DNA of 64,000 nt from Promethearchaeota archaeon (GTDB lineage: Archaea; Asgardarchaeota; Lokiarchaeia; Sigyniarchaeales; SOKP01): positions 129,044 to 193,043 of the forward strand of contig RDOA01000002.1 in assembly GCA_011364925.1 (NCBI GenBank), written 5' to 3'. Each line of letters starts with the position of its first letter. Positions within the stretch are counted from its first letter, which is position 1. Shown here piece after piece: positions 9,880 to 20,281 of this stretch. A program made the translations under genes and the position numbers. The notes beneath the pieces are model-generated. The model was not told where the DNA came from and made no database searches. It saw nothing but the letters and a program-made list of their open reading frames with translations.

Positions 9880-10824
9880 ATGACAGAATTTGAACATATT
9901 TTTATTGAATGGCCAACCAAAGTTGATGATCAAGGGAATATCATAAGAGAGGGAACAATTGATGGCAATTACGCTGTAATTTCGATTAATCGACCCGATC
10001 GATTGAATGCGTTAACAGAGCAAACTGTTTCTGAAATTTCTAGAGCGTTAAGAATGATGGAAATTGATAGTAGCGTTCGAGCAGTTGTTCTTCGAGGCAC
10101 TAAGGAGTTTACAAAGAAACCAGCATTTTCCGCGGGAGCAGATTTAGCCGCTGCTTTTAGTCCTGGTCTAAGACCAAATATAACGTGGCACATGGCATTA
10201 GCGATGAGAATTAGGCATCGCGATTACGATGAGATCGAACAATTCTCGAAACCATTAATTGCTGCTGTTGATGGATTTGCATACGGTGGTGGATGTGAAC
10301 TAGTATTATGTTGTGATCTCGTAATTGTATCTGATAGAGCGAGTTTAGGACTCCCTGAGATCAATCGAGGTATTTTTCCTGCAAATGGAGGAGTGACTCG
10401 TATGGCAGAGAGAGTGGGAACTAATAGAGCTTTACAAATGGCGATGACGGGAGAACCAATCAGCGGTCAAATTGCACTTGAATGGGGTTTGGCTAATTGG
10501 ATCGCTCCAGCGGGAGAAGAGTTTGAAAAACTCGTTCACGAGAAAGCTAAATGGTTTGGGAACGCTCCTACTACTGCGTTATTTGTGATAAAGAAGTGTG
10601 TGAAGTTTGGAACAAGGAACGTCCAGTTAGGATTAATAATGGAACAGATGGGTTTTGGAATCAATCAAGTCTCATTTGACGCGAAAGAGGGAATAATGGC
10701 TTTTAATAGGAAAATAAAGTGTCCTAAATGTGGTGGCAAAGGCAAATTTGAAGATGGTACTACTTGCGATGTCTGTAAAGGAAATAGAAAAGTAAAGGAT
10801 ACCCCTCATTTTAAAGGGGAATAA
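9880..10824 (+). CDS. Enoyl-CoA hydratase/isomerase with inserted C-terminal Zn finger
   Basis: NRPDRLNAL, AFSAGAD, GGGCEL, GLPEI; CPKCGGKG...CDVCKG before PHFKGE. Confidence 0.88.
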   Translation: MTEFEHIFIEWPTKVDDQGNIIREGTIDGNYAVISINRPDRLNALTEQTVSEISRALRMMEIDSSVRAVVLRGTKEFTKKPAFSAGADLAAAFSPGLRPNITWHMALAMRIRHRDYDEIEQFSKPLIAAVDGFAYGGGCELVLCCDLVIVSDRASLGLPEINRGIFPANGGVTRMAERVGTNRALQMAMTGEPISGQIALEWGLANWIAPAGEEFEKLVHEKAKWFGNAPTTALFVIKKCVKFGTRNVQLGLIMEQMGFGINQVSFDAKEGIMAFNRKIKCPKCGGKGKFEDGTTCDVCKGNRKVKDTPHFKGE

Positions 10825-10895
10825 TCCATACCCATATTTTTTTTATACAATTTTTTCTTAAATTTTATTTCTTAGTATAAATTATTAATAAAATA

Positions 10896-11444
10896 ATGGA
10901 AAATATTGAATTAATCGAAGAAATCAGTGATGGAAACCTTTTCCTACGAAAAATTACTCGAAACGACGCTTCTTTTTTTTATCTGAGTCTCAAAGAAAAG
11001 GAAATGACTAATTATCTCTCGTTAGGACCGTTAAATTCTTTCGAACATTCAAAAAGATTGATAAAGAGCTATTTAAGATCTTGGGATAAGTATCTCCAAT
11101 TTAATTATGTGATTGAATTAAGAGAATATGGTTCCATCAAACCAATTGGTTCAGTAAGTTTATGGGCAATAAACTGGTTCCATTCACGTTCCGAAATAGG
11201 GATTTGGATTGTTCCTAAATATTGGGAACAAGGCTTAGGCACAAAATCTATTATATTAATAAAAAACATCGCGTTTAACCACTTAAATTTGAATAGACTT
11301 GAGGCTCATATTGCCGTTCAAAATGAGAGATCTATTAGAATGTTTAAAAAATGTAGCTTTTTAGAAGAAGGCAAATTACATATGTATTTAAAGTTAAACG
11401 GAGAATTTCAGGATGCAATTATTTTATCCTGTCTAAACTCTTAA
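10896..11444 (+). CDS. GNAT acetyltransferase, RimJ/RimL family
   Basis: EIGIWIVPKYWEQGLGT, NERSIRMFKKCSFLEEG. Confidence 0.85.
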   Translation: MENIELIEEISDGNLFLRKITRNDASFFYLSLKEKEMTNYLSLGPLNSFEHSKRLIKSYLRSWDKYLQFNYVIELREYGSIKPIGSVSLWAINWFHSRSEIGIWIVPKYWEQGLGTKSIILIKNIAFNHLNLNRLEAHIAVQNERSIRMFKKCSFLEEGKLHMYLKLNGEFQDAIILSCLNS

Positions 11445-11887
11445 ATTAGATCCGGACTTAGTTCGTAACTTTTTAAGACATTTTTAGCTTTCACAATATC
11501 ATCTATTTCCGAAGAAAATGTCTTAAATTGAGAAAAATTCCCATTAAAATCGACCAATTCTTTTTTATACTTAGTTAAAAACTTTTCAAAAACTTCCATA
11601 GCAATAGTGTCAATTATTTTTCTCTTCTGCTTCTTATTATCCACTTTACTATCGCATTTAAAGATGAGGTGAAGATGAGAGTTCGGCTCAGTATAAAAAT
11701 AAAAAACGCTTTTATTCATTTTTAAAGTATTTAAACTCTCGTTAAAACCGTATTTCGTAAAGCGACAAATTTGATCGAAATAGCTCGCAATCACCTGATA
11801 GTTCCGTTCAGTTATGGAATTACCTCGGAAATTGTGAAAGAATATTGGTACACCCTTGTTATTAAGAATAATAATCTCTTGGATCAA
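11441..11887 (-). CDS. Longin-domain protein (Asgard eukaryotic-signature type)
   Basis: IQEIIILNNKGVPIFFHNF N-terminal beta pair, FxxKY...F..F...ID C-terminal helices; 148 aa. Confidence 0.65.
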   Translation of the reverse strand: MIQEIIILNNKGVPIFFHNFRGNSITERNYQVIASYFDQICRFTKYGFNESLNTLKMNKSVFYFYTEPNSHLHLIFKCDSKVDNKKQKRKIIDTIAMEVFEKFLTKYKKELVDFNGNFSQFKTFSSEIDDIVKAKNVLKSYELSPDLI

Positions 11888-12033
11888 TTTGTATCCAAAA
11901 ATTATATTTACTTGTGGCTATATAAATCTTCGCTATAACAATATTGAAGAGTTTGAATTAATTAACATACCTATTAATAGGGTAATAATTGACGAATTTA
12001 CTAATGAATAAGTATAGTGTATGAATACATTCA

Positions 12034-13080
12034 CTAATTTTGATTTAAAGTTTTAATTATACCCACAATTTTTTTAAATATTTTTAGAGATTCATCAAAG
12101 TTTTCTTTTTTTAAGGCTTCTATACCTTGAATGTTATAGTTCCGAATTAAGTTGCTCGTTTCGGCGATTTCAGAAATCTTATTTATTTTTTTCTCCAGAA
12201 TTTCTATGTAACCCGAGTACTCGTCCAATTGATCTGCTTTTCCTATGAACCTTGAGATTTTAATGATTTGATTAATGTTATTAATAGCTTCTCTAAATTG
12301 GTTTTGGGAAATATTTAAATTAATTCTTCCTTCTAATTCTTTTATATCCTCCACTAACTTAAGATATTTACTCTCAGCATCAACAACATGCTTTAATTTA
12401 GCTTTCAATTTTTGGATGTAATCCGAAAAATCAGATTTTTGTAGCAGTTCTATTTTGGACTCTAAAATATTTCTTGCTTCATCAAATTCGTAATTATCAG
12501 TTAATTTTGAAACTCTTTTGATATTCAATTCTATATCTTCATTAAGATCGTATTTCTTCTTTAATTCTAAATATGTTGCTTCATATGTTTCCCATTTTTT
12601 AAGATTTTTTGAATCATTGAGCACATTTAACAAGTTTCTAGCTTTCTTCAATGCTTCTCCAGCTAAAAGAAGGTTATTTGTATTGATATAGCTATTGAAT
12701 TGAATTTCTAGAGGATCAAGTTGCTTAATTAAATTTTTTTGGTTTTTTTGAAATGTAATCCAGCGCTTTTCATCTTCAATAAATAAATCTCTTACTCGTT
12801 CAAAAGAATTAAGTTTCAAATCTCTTTCGTAGTATTGTTTAAAGTTTTGTATTAGGTCATGAGCTTCCACAACCTTTCCTTGAGTTACCAACTTTTCGTA
12901 ATCTTCAATTAACTTTTCGAAGTCGCCTCTTACAGCAATGAAATCTTGATCACTCTTAGCTTGCGTGTAAAGCGTGGCGATAAGTTCATTTTCTTCTTCC
13001 ACAACAGAATATAACTTAGCTTGTTTTGCAATATCCACAATTATTTTAGCAGTTTTTATTGCCTCATCGTAATTTCCCAT
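12034..13080 (-). CDS. Alpha-helical (TPR-like/coiled) repeat protein; frame open upstream to 13203
   Basis: Repeated YDEAI/FDEAR/FREAI/FDESL helical motifs; probably the C-terminal part of the upstream gene. Confidence 0.7.
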   Translation of the reverse strand: MGNYDEAIKTAKIIVDIAKQAKLYSVVEEENELIATLYTQAKSDQDFIAVRGDFEKLIEDYEKLVTQGKVVEAHDLIQNFKQYYERDLKLNSFERVRDLFIEDEKRWITFQKNQKNLIKQLDPLEIQFNSYINTNNLLLAGEALKKARNLLNVLNDSKNLKKWETYEATYLELKKKYDLNEDIELNIKRVSKLTDNYEFDEARNILESKIELLQKSDFSDYIQKLKAKLKHVVDAESKYLKLVEDIKELEGRINLNISQNQFREAINNINQIIKISRFIGKADQLDEYSGYIEILEKKINKISEIAETSNLIRNYNIQGIEALKKENFDESLKIFKKIVGIIKTLNQN

Positions 13081-13184
13081 TAAGTAGTGGTTATTTGCGA
13101 TAACCTTTAATTCATCGATTTTCGAGAGGACTTCAATCTTATTCTTGCTATCAATATGTTCTTTTATTTTTTCCTCCTCTCCAT

Positions 13185-14243
13185 TTATACTTTTTTCCTT
13201 GTTTCAGTAAACTCTAACTTTCGCACTATTGTTTCAAATATATCTATTGCTCGCGATAGCTCCCCGCGTTCCATATTTTTAATTGCTACACCACTTAATT
13301 GTGAAACCTCACTAAGTAAATCACTTTTTATCTCATTATATCGGTTTTTTATTTGCTCTAATTTAATTGGTATTTTTCTGTCTACGAATCTTTGATGCAT
13401 ATTTTCTATACGAGCTAGGAACTCTTTTATTTCCCGCAAATTGTACTTGTTAGCACTTGGTTCAGATAATTTGGAAAAGATCTCAATTTCCTTTAAAAGT
13501 GAATCTTGCTCGATTTTTAATCGGTATACCAAATTTTCATCTTTTAATATGAGTTGCTGAGCTATTGGAAGTTTAAGTAGGTTGTATTTACTTTCGTATT
13601 TCTGCCTTAAATCTTCAACAAGTTTGTGAGCGTCGCGAAATTGTTCTTTATTTACCAATTCTTCAAATTCTTTTATGGCTTGTTTGTATTGGAACTTAAT
13701 CTCCTGAACCACTTCACTTGCGATTGCTCTTGATTTAGCTTCATCAATAAAGTTATTTTGATCTTGTTCAAGAGAATCGTCATTGATGCTTTTAGCTAAT
13801 TTCATTATATCCTGAGCAACACTAATAGCACCAACATAGTCGTCTGAGATAAATAACTTATCTGCTTTGCTTTTTAGTTTGCTTATCTCGGAGAGAATTG
13901 GTAAAAGTTTCGTTTCAAGAGCTTTAATACTAAAGCTCAATACATTCTCTTCAATACCAACAACCTCTAGGAACTCTGGTGGTTCTAATCCCGATTCAAC
14001 AGTAATATTCCTGATAATTTGCAATTCTGGATACTCTTGTGTAATATTCGTTCGGATTTGGGGAATTTGGCTTTTTAAACTCTGGGATACTTTTTTTCCT
14101 ATCCAGATATATAATCTTTTCAGATTCGGAACGTAAAAAGTTAAAATATTAAACAGTGTTAAGTTTCTTAGCAATTCCTCTGGAAGGATTTCATCAATGC
14201 CACCAGAGTAATTTAGCTTAAAAATTCTAATCTCAGAACTCAT
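13185..14243 (-). CDS. Gelsolin-like domain plus helical-repeat protein
   Basis: N-terminal ~95 aa with LYIWIGKKVS...VESGLEPPEF gelsolin-repeat signature, then helical repeats. Confidence 0.72.
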   Translation of the reverse strand: MSSEIRIFKLNYSGGIDEILPEELLRNLTLFNILTFYVPNLKRLYIWIGKKVSQSLKSQIPQIRTNITQEYPELQIIRNITVESGLEPPEFLEVVGIEENVLSFSIKALETKLLPILSEISKLKSKADKLFISDDYVGAISVAQDIMKLAKSINDDSLEQDQNNFIDEAKSRAIASEVVQEIKFQYKQAIKEFEELVNKEQFRDAHKLVEDLRQKYESKYNLLKLPIAQQLILKDENLVYRLKIEQDSLLKEIEIFSKLSEPSANKYNLREIKEFLARIENMHQRFVDRKIPIKLEQIKNRYNEIKSDLLSEVSQLSGVAIKNMERGELSRAIDIFETIVRKLEFTETRKKV

Positions 14244-14366
14244 CTATGCAATTATTTAAGATTCAATACTATTTCAATTTTCTTCAGTAAGAATCTTAAT
14301 TATAAACAAAATACAGAGAATAAAAAAAATAAAGATTAAAAAAAATATTTTGATATATTTTGCCAG

Positions 14367-17300
14367 CTATTTCTTAATTTCTCCCATAAAATCTTTCGTT
14401 ATTTGTGGCGGTTTAGAAATTTCCTCAGCAGGTTTCCCTTTCAATAATTTGGATGTTCTAGTAATTTCATTTTGGTATTCAACACTAAAAGCTTTTTTCC
14501 TCTCAGTTACATCAATTTTTGGACTCTTGGTTTTCTTCAGTGTTTTAGAGAATTTTCTAACCTTTCTAACAGATTTAGGATACTTGAATATTTTATGGTA
14601 AAGATACAAGTAAGTAACCAAGGCAACTGCTACTAATCCCCCGATTGCAGATAATAATTGGAATAATAGTAATTCTCCTGACGGGATAATAACATTTACA
14701 TGGATTTCATAAGGCGTAAAATCGTATTCATTACCTTTATATGCATTTATTGTGATAGTGACTGACTGTTGAATTCCCGTTATTGTCGCGGTATATACTC
14801 CATTATTGTCAGTTAAGAATCCAATGCCACCAGCCCATCTATATGTCACTTCAGCACCTTTCACGAGACCACTAAAGTTTAAATTATGGATTTCAATTTC
14901 AAGATAAACTTCTTCGCCAGGTCTTATAGTTATAGTTGATTCTCCGGAAGTCGTTGTAATATTTGTCTGTATTCTTTCTACATTTACGTACAATTGTTGT
15001 ATGAAAAACGACTCGAAATTTGCTTTCTCAGCAATTATTGTGAAGAGTTTTAATCCTACTCCCAAAACAGATGTATTAATTGTTAATGAATACTGTTCTA
15101 AAGTTATATTTTCAATTAACAAATCTGCTAAATCTCCATTTAACTGAATAGTAGCACCTGAGATATGATTTCCAGTTCTTACATCGCGATATTTGATTGT
15201 AAAAGTGAGAAGCGAACTTACAGTAAGTTCCATATAAGGATCTGTGGTCTTGGATAATCCATTAATAAATAGCTCTCCAGTGGTCCCTCTTTCAATGATT
15301 TGGATGAAAAATTCGAATAGGGCAGTTTGGTAATTCTCAACTTGAGCGCGGATGACAATTCTGTTCAAAGTGCTATTCAAATCGATTATTTCTAGCGTCA
15401 AATTGTAATATTCTAAAACTGCATTTTCTGTAAAGTATTCTTTATTAATTATATCAACAGCAGCACCACCGAGAAACTCTTTCGTAATGTTATCCAGATA
15501 TTTAACAGTTATATTTAATGTATCAGTAACTTCCAATTGGATGGTATCTCCATAATAATATTGAGTTCCATTTAGAAAAAGGAGTACTTGAGTTTTCTTT
15601 TCATTTACAATAAGAGTTATAACTTCTGAGCTCAATGTGTAATTATCTGTTTTTGCGCTTATGGTTAAAAATTTAACTCCTACTCCTAAATCATCAGAAA
15701 TTATTGTGATGTTATATTGATTAAATGTTAAATTCTCAGTGAAATTTTGTGGAATCCCAGATTCAATCAATCGTACATTCGCATTACTGATAAAAGAGTC
15801 TGTGCTTAAATCTTTATAAAACACAGTGATATTTAGACTCTCTCCAATTGAAATGTTATAAAATTCAAAATTAGTTGACAGAAAACCATTTAAATAAACA
15901 TCAACTTTACTGCCTCTCTCGGTAACTGAAACGGAAATGATTCTTGAAGAGAGAGTATAATTCTCTTTATTGGCTGAAATCGTAAGGAAATTAATACCCA
16001 GAGCTAATATCGCTGTGTTAATATTCAGATTATAATCTAATGGCGAATTTTCTGTGAAATTCTCTGAAACACCTGTACCTGATAGTTGTACTGATGCTCC
16101 GCTTATAAAAGAATCAGTAAAACTGTCGTTAAAAGACACTGAAATGCTTAAAATTTCACTCCAAGGAACTACGATAGATGTTGTCTCAATCCCGTTTAAT
16201 ATTATATTGTCTAAATATGAATTTCTCTCTTTTACTTCAATCTTGAAACGAATTGATTGAGTAGTATAATTTTCTTTATACGCATTAACAGTAAGGAAAC
16301 TGTTCCCTAAACCGAGATCTGTTGTGTCAATATTTATGAAATATTGATGATAAGAAGGAATTTCAGTGAAATTTTGTGGATTTCCTATTCCAACTAATTC
16401 AACAGTTGCTCCATCGATGTGTGTGTACGGAACTTGCTCAGTATCTCTGTACATTATTGTAATATTACCACTATTTCCATATATCATTTCTACAGCCTTA
16501 TCGAGAGTTTTATCAACACCATCAAGAAAAAGTAATAATTCTGTGTTTCTTTCAATTACTTTTATATTTATTAACTCCGATATTGACTCATAGTATTTCT
16601 TACTTGCTTCAATCGAAAAGAAATTATTTCCAATAGATAATTCAGTTGAACTGAATATTAAACTGTATTGATTAAAAATCAAACTTTCATTGAGAATCCT
16701 AGGTCCACCATCTCCTAATAGCCTTACTGTCGCATTAGGAATAAATGCATCTAAGCTATCTTTATAGATTCCAGTGACATTTACATCATCGCCCATCGTA
16801 ACTTCTATTGACTTTTCTAAAGTTTTATCCTGTGAATTTAAAAAAATCCCCAAACTGGTTGTGTCTTCTATGGTGTTCTTTGTATAATGAATCAAAAGCG
16901 ATGCATTATCGATAGAGATAACATATTTCTGATCTAAAGAAAATTTATCTGCAAGATAGACTTTAATTGAGAGCGTGATATTCACATCTTTTAAGATTAA
17001 GTTTGTGACATCAAAACCTCCAACTTTAGCCTCTTGAAATGTTGAAGTTGCCATACTTAATTTAATAGTTTCTGCATACTGGTTATTATTAATATATACT
17101 CTTAATTCTGAGTTTGGAGAATCTTCAGTCCAAGTTTTATCAATTTTATATTTAAAGTTTAGCGTAGCGTTGTTAATATCAATATTAGAACCACTAATCT
17201 TATTTCCAATTTGATTCCAGGAAAGCGAAGTAAATTGGTCAATATTTTTTTCATATGCAAAGGTTAAATTTACTGACTTTATGAGTAATAATCTCCAATT

Positions 17301-18227
17301 ATCAGCATCTTGACCAAAATTGTCCTCGCACCAAATTCTCATTCCTATAGAGATTCTAAAATTCTTAAAGTTATAGTTTAAAACTGTTGTTAAATAAAAT
17401 ATAAAGATATTTTCGGGTATAGTGACCATTACAGAATCGTCTATGTGATCGATTAAAGGATTATCCTGACCAAGTTTTGATGTTTGATTATATGCGACCT
17501 CAAAAATACTATTATTTGCAGGATCAGATATCCACACATAAAATCGGACGTAATCTCCTGTAGACCCTTGGAAATAGCCACCTGTTGGGTTAGTATCTAC
17601 TCCTGAATCACTCATTACATCAATAGCACCAGTAAACTCATTTGGTGCATTATCATCAATAGAAGGAGTTGCCTGAACTGTAGCATTAAAAATCGCTGTA
17701 AGATTTGCTGAAGTTATAACGTAATCAGACATATTCACTGGCATGCTAAGCATATGATCCCAATTTACGGCAACAGACTGATCAGCACCTTCATCCCAAT
17801 AATGGCTAACAGCAGCACCACTAGCATTAATTATCGCAGCATCTGGGTACGCCGGAAAGTTTGGGTTCTTAGTCTTATTCCAATTTGAATCTTGCGTTAA
17901 ATCCGAATAAAATTCAAAAGTATTTTTTTCACCTAATATTTCATAATTCGCTTGGTTATTATCGCTATTAGCATTAATATCAGAAAGATCACCTTCACTT
18001 ACATTATACCATGGAGTGATCGGAGTTTCAAAGGTTGGATTATCAAGCCACTCGATAACGTAATCATCTTGGACGATTCCTTGAGATTCGGGGGTTATAT
18101 CTCGTGTTGGTGTAATAAATTGATTGTCGCCAAAGTTAAATAACAAAATCGTTGAAGGATTTCCAATAATTATTAGAATCAAAATTGCCATAGAAATTTT
18201 TACTTTTCGCTTTGTATTATTAGACAT
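14367..18227 (-). CDS. Large cell-surface glycoprotein with ~7 Ig-like repeats and Loki-CTERM-type C-terminal anchor
   Basis: N-terminal hydrophobic segment, many NxS/T sequons, ~105-aa repeats (LNG..NITVxYxD..GATVxL..QY..LGxG..TIxAxKxNY..VxER), TM then KYPKSVRKVRKFSKTL. Confidence 0.82.
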   Translation of the reverse strand: MSNNTKRKVKISMAILILIIIGNPSTILLFNFGDNQFITPTRDITPESQGIVQDDYVIEWLDNPTFETPITPWYNVSEGDLSDINANSDNNQANYEILGEKNTFEFYSDLTQDSNWNKTKNPNFPAYPDAAIINASGAAVSHYWDEGADQSVAVNWDHMLSMPVNMSDYVITSANLTAIFNATVQATPSIDDNAPNEFTGAIDVMSDSGVDTNPTGGYFQGSTGDYVRFYVWISDPANNSIFEVAYNQTSKLGQDNPLIDHIDDSVMVTIPENIFIFYLTTVLNYNFKNFRISIGMRIWCEDNFGQDADNWRLLLIKSVNLTFAYEKNIDQFTSLSWNQIGNKISGSNIDINNATLNFKYKIDKTWTEDSPNSELRVYINNNQYAETIKLSMATSTFQEAKVGGFDVTNLILKDVNITLSIKVYLADKFSLDQKYVISIDNASLLIHYTKNTIEDTTSLGIFLNSQDKTLEKSIEVTMGDDVNVTGIYKDSLDAFIPNATVRLLGDGGPRILNESLIFNQYSLIFSSTELSIGNNFFSIEASKKYYESISELINIKVIERNTELLLFLDGVDKTLDKAVEMIYGNSGNITIMYRDTEQVPYTHIDGATVELVGIGNPQNFTEIPSYHQYFINIDTTDLGLGNSFLTVNAYKENYTTQSIRFKIEVKERNSYLDNIILNGIETTSIVVPWSEILSISVSFNDSFTDSFISGASVQLSGTGVSENFTENSPLDYNLNINTAILALGINFLTISANKENYTLSSRIISVSVTERGSKVDVYLNGFLSTNFEFYNISIGESLNITVFYKDLSTDSFISNANVRLIESGIPQNFTENLTFNQYNITIISDDLGVGVKFLTISAKTDNYTLSSEVITLIVNEKKTQVLLFLNGTQYYYGDTIQLEVTDTLNITVKYLDNITKEFLGGAAVDIINKEYFTENAVLEYYNLTLEIIDLNSTLNRIVIRAQVENYQTALFEFFIQIIERGTTGELFINGLSKTTDPYMELTVSSLLTFTIKYRDVRTGNHISGATIQLNGDLADLLIENITLEQYSLTINTSVLGVGLKLFTIIAEKANFESFFIQQLYVNVERIQTNITTTSGESTITIRPGEEVYLEIEIHNLNFSGLVKGAEVTYRWAGGIGFLTDNNGVYTATITGIQQSVTITINAYKGNEYDFTPYEIHVNVIIPSGELLLFQLLSAIGGLVAVALVTYLYLYHKIFKYPKSVRKVRKFSKTLKKTKSPKIDVTERKKAFSVEYQNEITRTSKLLKGKPAEEISKPPQITKDFMGEIKK

Positions 18228-18443
18228 AATAGTCTCCTCATATATAATCTAAATAATTTTTAGATATTTTTATTTTAGATATTATAATTTCTATATGATA
18301 TTGCTTATTTATAATCTAGTTCAAAATTTCATCTAGAATCTAGATATTATAAGCAATAAGAGTTTTGTTTTTCTATATAAGAAAAAGATTTGTTGCTCGA
18401 TAAATTTCTTCTATTTTTTTATTTAAAAAAATTAAATAAAGTA

Positions 18444-20093
18444 TTATTTTGGTAGTTCTCCTTCCTTTTTATCCAGTATTTTGCCTTTCATTACTGGCTC
18501 TTTTGTCGGAGAACCTTTTAAAAACTTGTCCGTTTTCTTTAATTCTGTGTTGTAATTCTTGTCGAACGAAGCTCTCTGACCAACGATACCAACACTAGGA
18601 GTCTTAGCACTAGATAGCGTTTTTCTATACTTCCTCACCTTTCTTACAGGGACAGGATATTTCAGATAGGCTTGATACGCGATGAGATAAGCGCCTAAAA
18701 CTGTAGCCCCAATTACTGCAATGATGAATAAACCCACAAATAACCAGTTTTCTTCTACAGGCACCGGGATAATTTCAGTCCAAGAAATGAATAGATTCAC
18801 ATTGGTTATCGAGATCGTTATATTGTTGCTTAATCCAAAATCTTCTGCTAAATATACCTGAATTGAAAGTGTAAAGTTCTCATAAGGTATCATTATTTCT
18901 GTAATGTCAAACCCTCCAGATCTCGCTTCTGTAAAATCGGTATCATAGACATAGTTTATGAGGTATAAAGCAGGATCAAAAACTCTATCGTTAATTTTTA
19001 TTAAAAATCTAGAATTCTGGGACGCATCTGTCCAACTCTGATCCATTTTATACTCAAAAGTAAGGTTAGCTTTGGTGATTTGAACATTAGAACCTTTTAC
19101 TTCCTCTAAATCCTGAGCCCATGAACCAGAAGTGAATTGATTTATCTTTTTCTCGTAAGTAAATGTTAGATTAAGAGATTTAAATCGTAAATCATTCCAG
19201 TAATCGCGGTCTGTACTAGATAAATTATCTTCACAATAAATATATATTCCTAAGATAATCGTAAAATTGTTATGACCGGGATCTAGGGCTAACACATTGT
19301 TTATAGCGTCAATTATTGCTTGGTTTCCAAAGGTTCCAATGTTTCCTTCGATATCGTAAAGAGGTAGAGTATCGCTTCCTAAATATACCGTTTTATTTTT
19401 AGCAATTGGGTAGAGGCTTAATTCATTAACATCTAAATCAGAAATATAAACATAAAATGTAACAGAATCAAATTCTTGATATTGATCTATACTTGCTTGA
19501 CTGGGGCTCCATCTCGCATAAGTATCACCTTCCACATCGATGTTTCTGTCTACACTGGCGTTAATTACTGCGTTAAAAGAAACGGAAGTAATGTTATAAT
19601 CGCTCATGTCTACCGGCATACTAACATTTGTTCTCCAATGCATCTCGGGTGTGTTTTTTGGTTGTCCACCAGATTCTCCTTCCCACCACCAGTGACTACA
19701 CCACGCTCCATTATCATCGATTCCATAATATGGAACAGAAGCGCGTTGAGGCACAACCTCCGACGGATCCAATATGTATTCGTTCCAATTTGATTGAGTT
19801 GCGCTATTAAGAAGAACTTCTTTTGTTCGTGTGTCTCCAATTATTTTTATATTTGCTTGATTCAAGCTTGTAGACGCTTCTACATCTGATTGATCTCCTG
19901 CTAAAATCGTATATGGATCTGATTTTGGGTGGTTCTCAATCCAAGGTTCATTTGTGTGTGTTTGAACTTTCGTTGCAGACGGCTTAATTGTTACTGCTTT
20001 TTCGCTAACGGCATTTTTTGGTGTTACTATGAATGGCAACATTAGCAAGGCGACAAGCGTTATTATCAAATAAATGGTATGCGTTTTCTTCAT
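18444..20093 (-). CDS. Cell-surface protein with Loki-CTERM-type anchor
   Basis: Probable start MKKTHT at 20093 (track starts 20144); signal-like segment, shared CED domain, TM then YLKYPVPVRKVRKYRKTL. Confidence 0.82.
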   Translation of the reverse strand: MKKTHTIYLIITLVALLMLPFIVTPKNAVSEKAVTIKPSATKVQTHTNEPWIENHPKSDPYTILAGDQSDVEASTSLNQANIKIIGDTRTKEVLLNSATQSNWNEYILDPSEVVPQRASVPYYGIDDNGAWCSHWWWEGESGGQPKNTPEMHWRTNVSMPVDMSDYNITSVSFNAVINASVDRNIDVEGDTYARWSPSQASIDQYQEFDSVTFYVYISDLDVNELSLYPIAKNKTVYLGSDTLPLYDIEGNIGTFGNQAIIDAINNVLALDPGHNNFTIILGIYIYCEDNLSSTDRDYWNDLRFKSLNLTFTYEKKINQFTSGSWAQDLEEVKGSNVQITKANLTFEYKMDQSWTDASQNSRFLIKINDRVFDPALYLINYVYDTDFTEARSGGFDITEIMIPYENFTLSIQVYLAEDFGLSNNITISITNVNLFISWTEIIPVPVEENWLFVGLFIIAVIGATVLGAYLIAYQAYLKYPVPVRKVRKYRKTLSSAKTPSVGIVGQRASFDKNYNTELKKTDKFLKGSPTKEPVMKGKILDKKEGELPK

Positions 20094-20281
20094 TTTAGAT
20101 CGATTTACTAAATTATAATTATAGGTATAAATATGAAATATCATACTTATATTTCTTAATAGTTTAAAAATTTAATTTCATCATTTATCTATTTTTCTCT
20201 TCTAAAAAAATTGATTTTGAATACGATAGAAAATAAAAAAAAGCCTTTCTAATTATATGGTATTTCTTTTAGTGATGGTAG

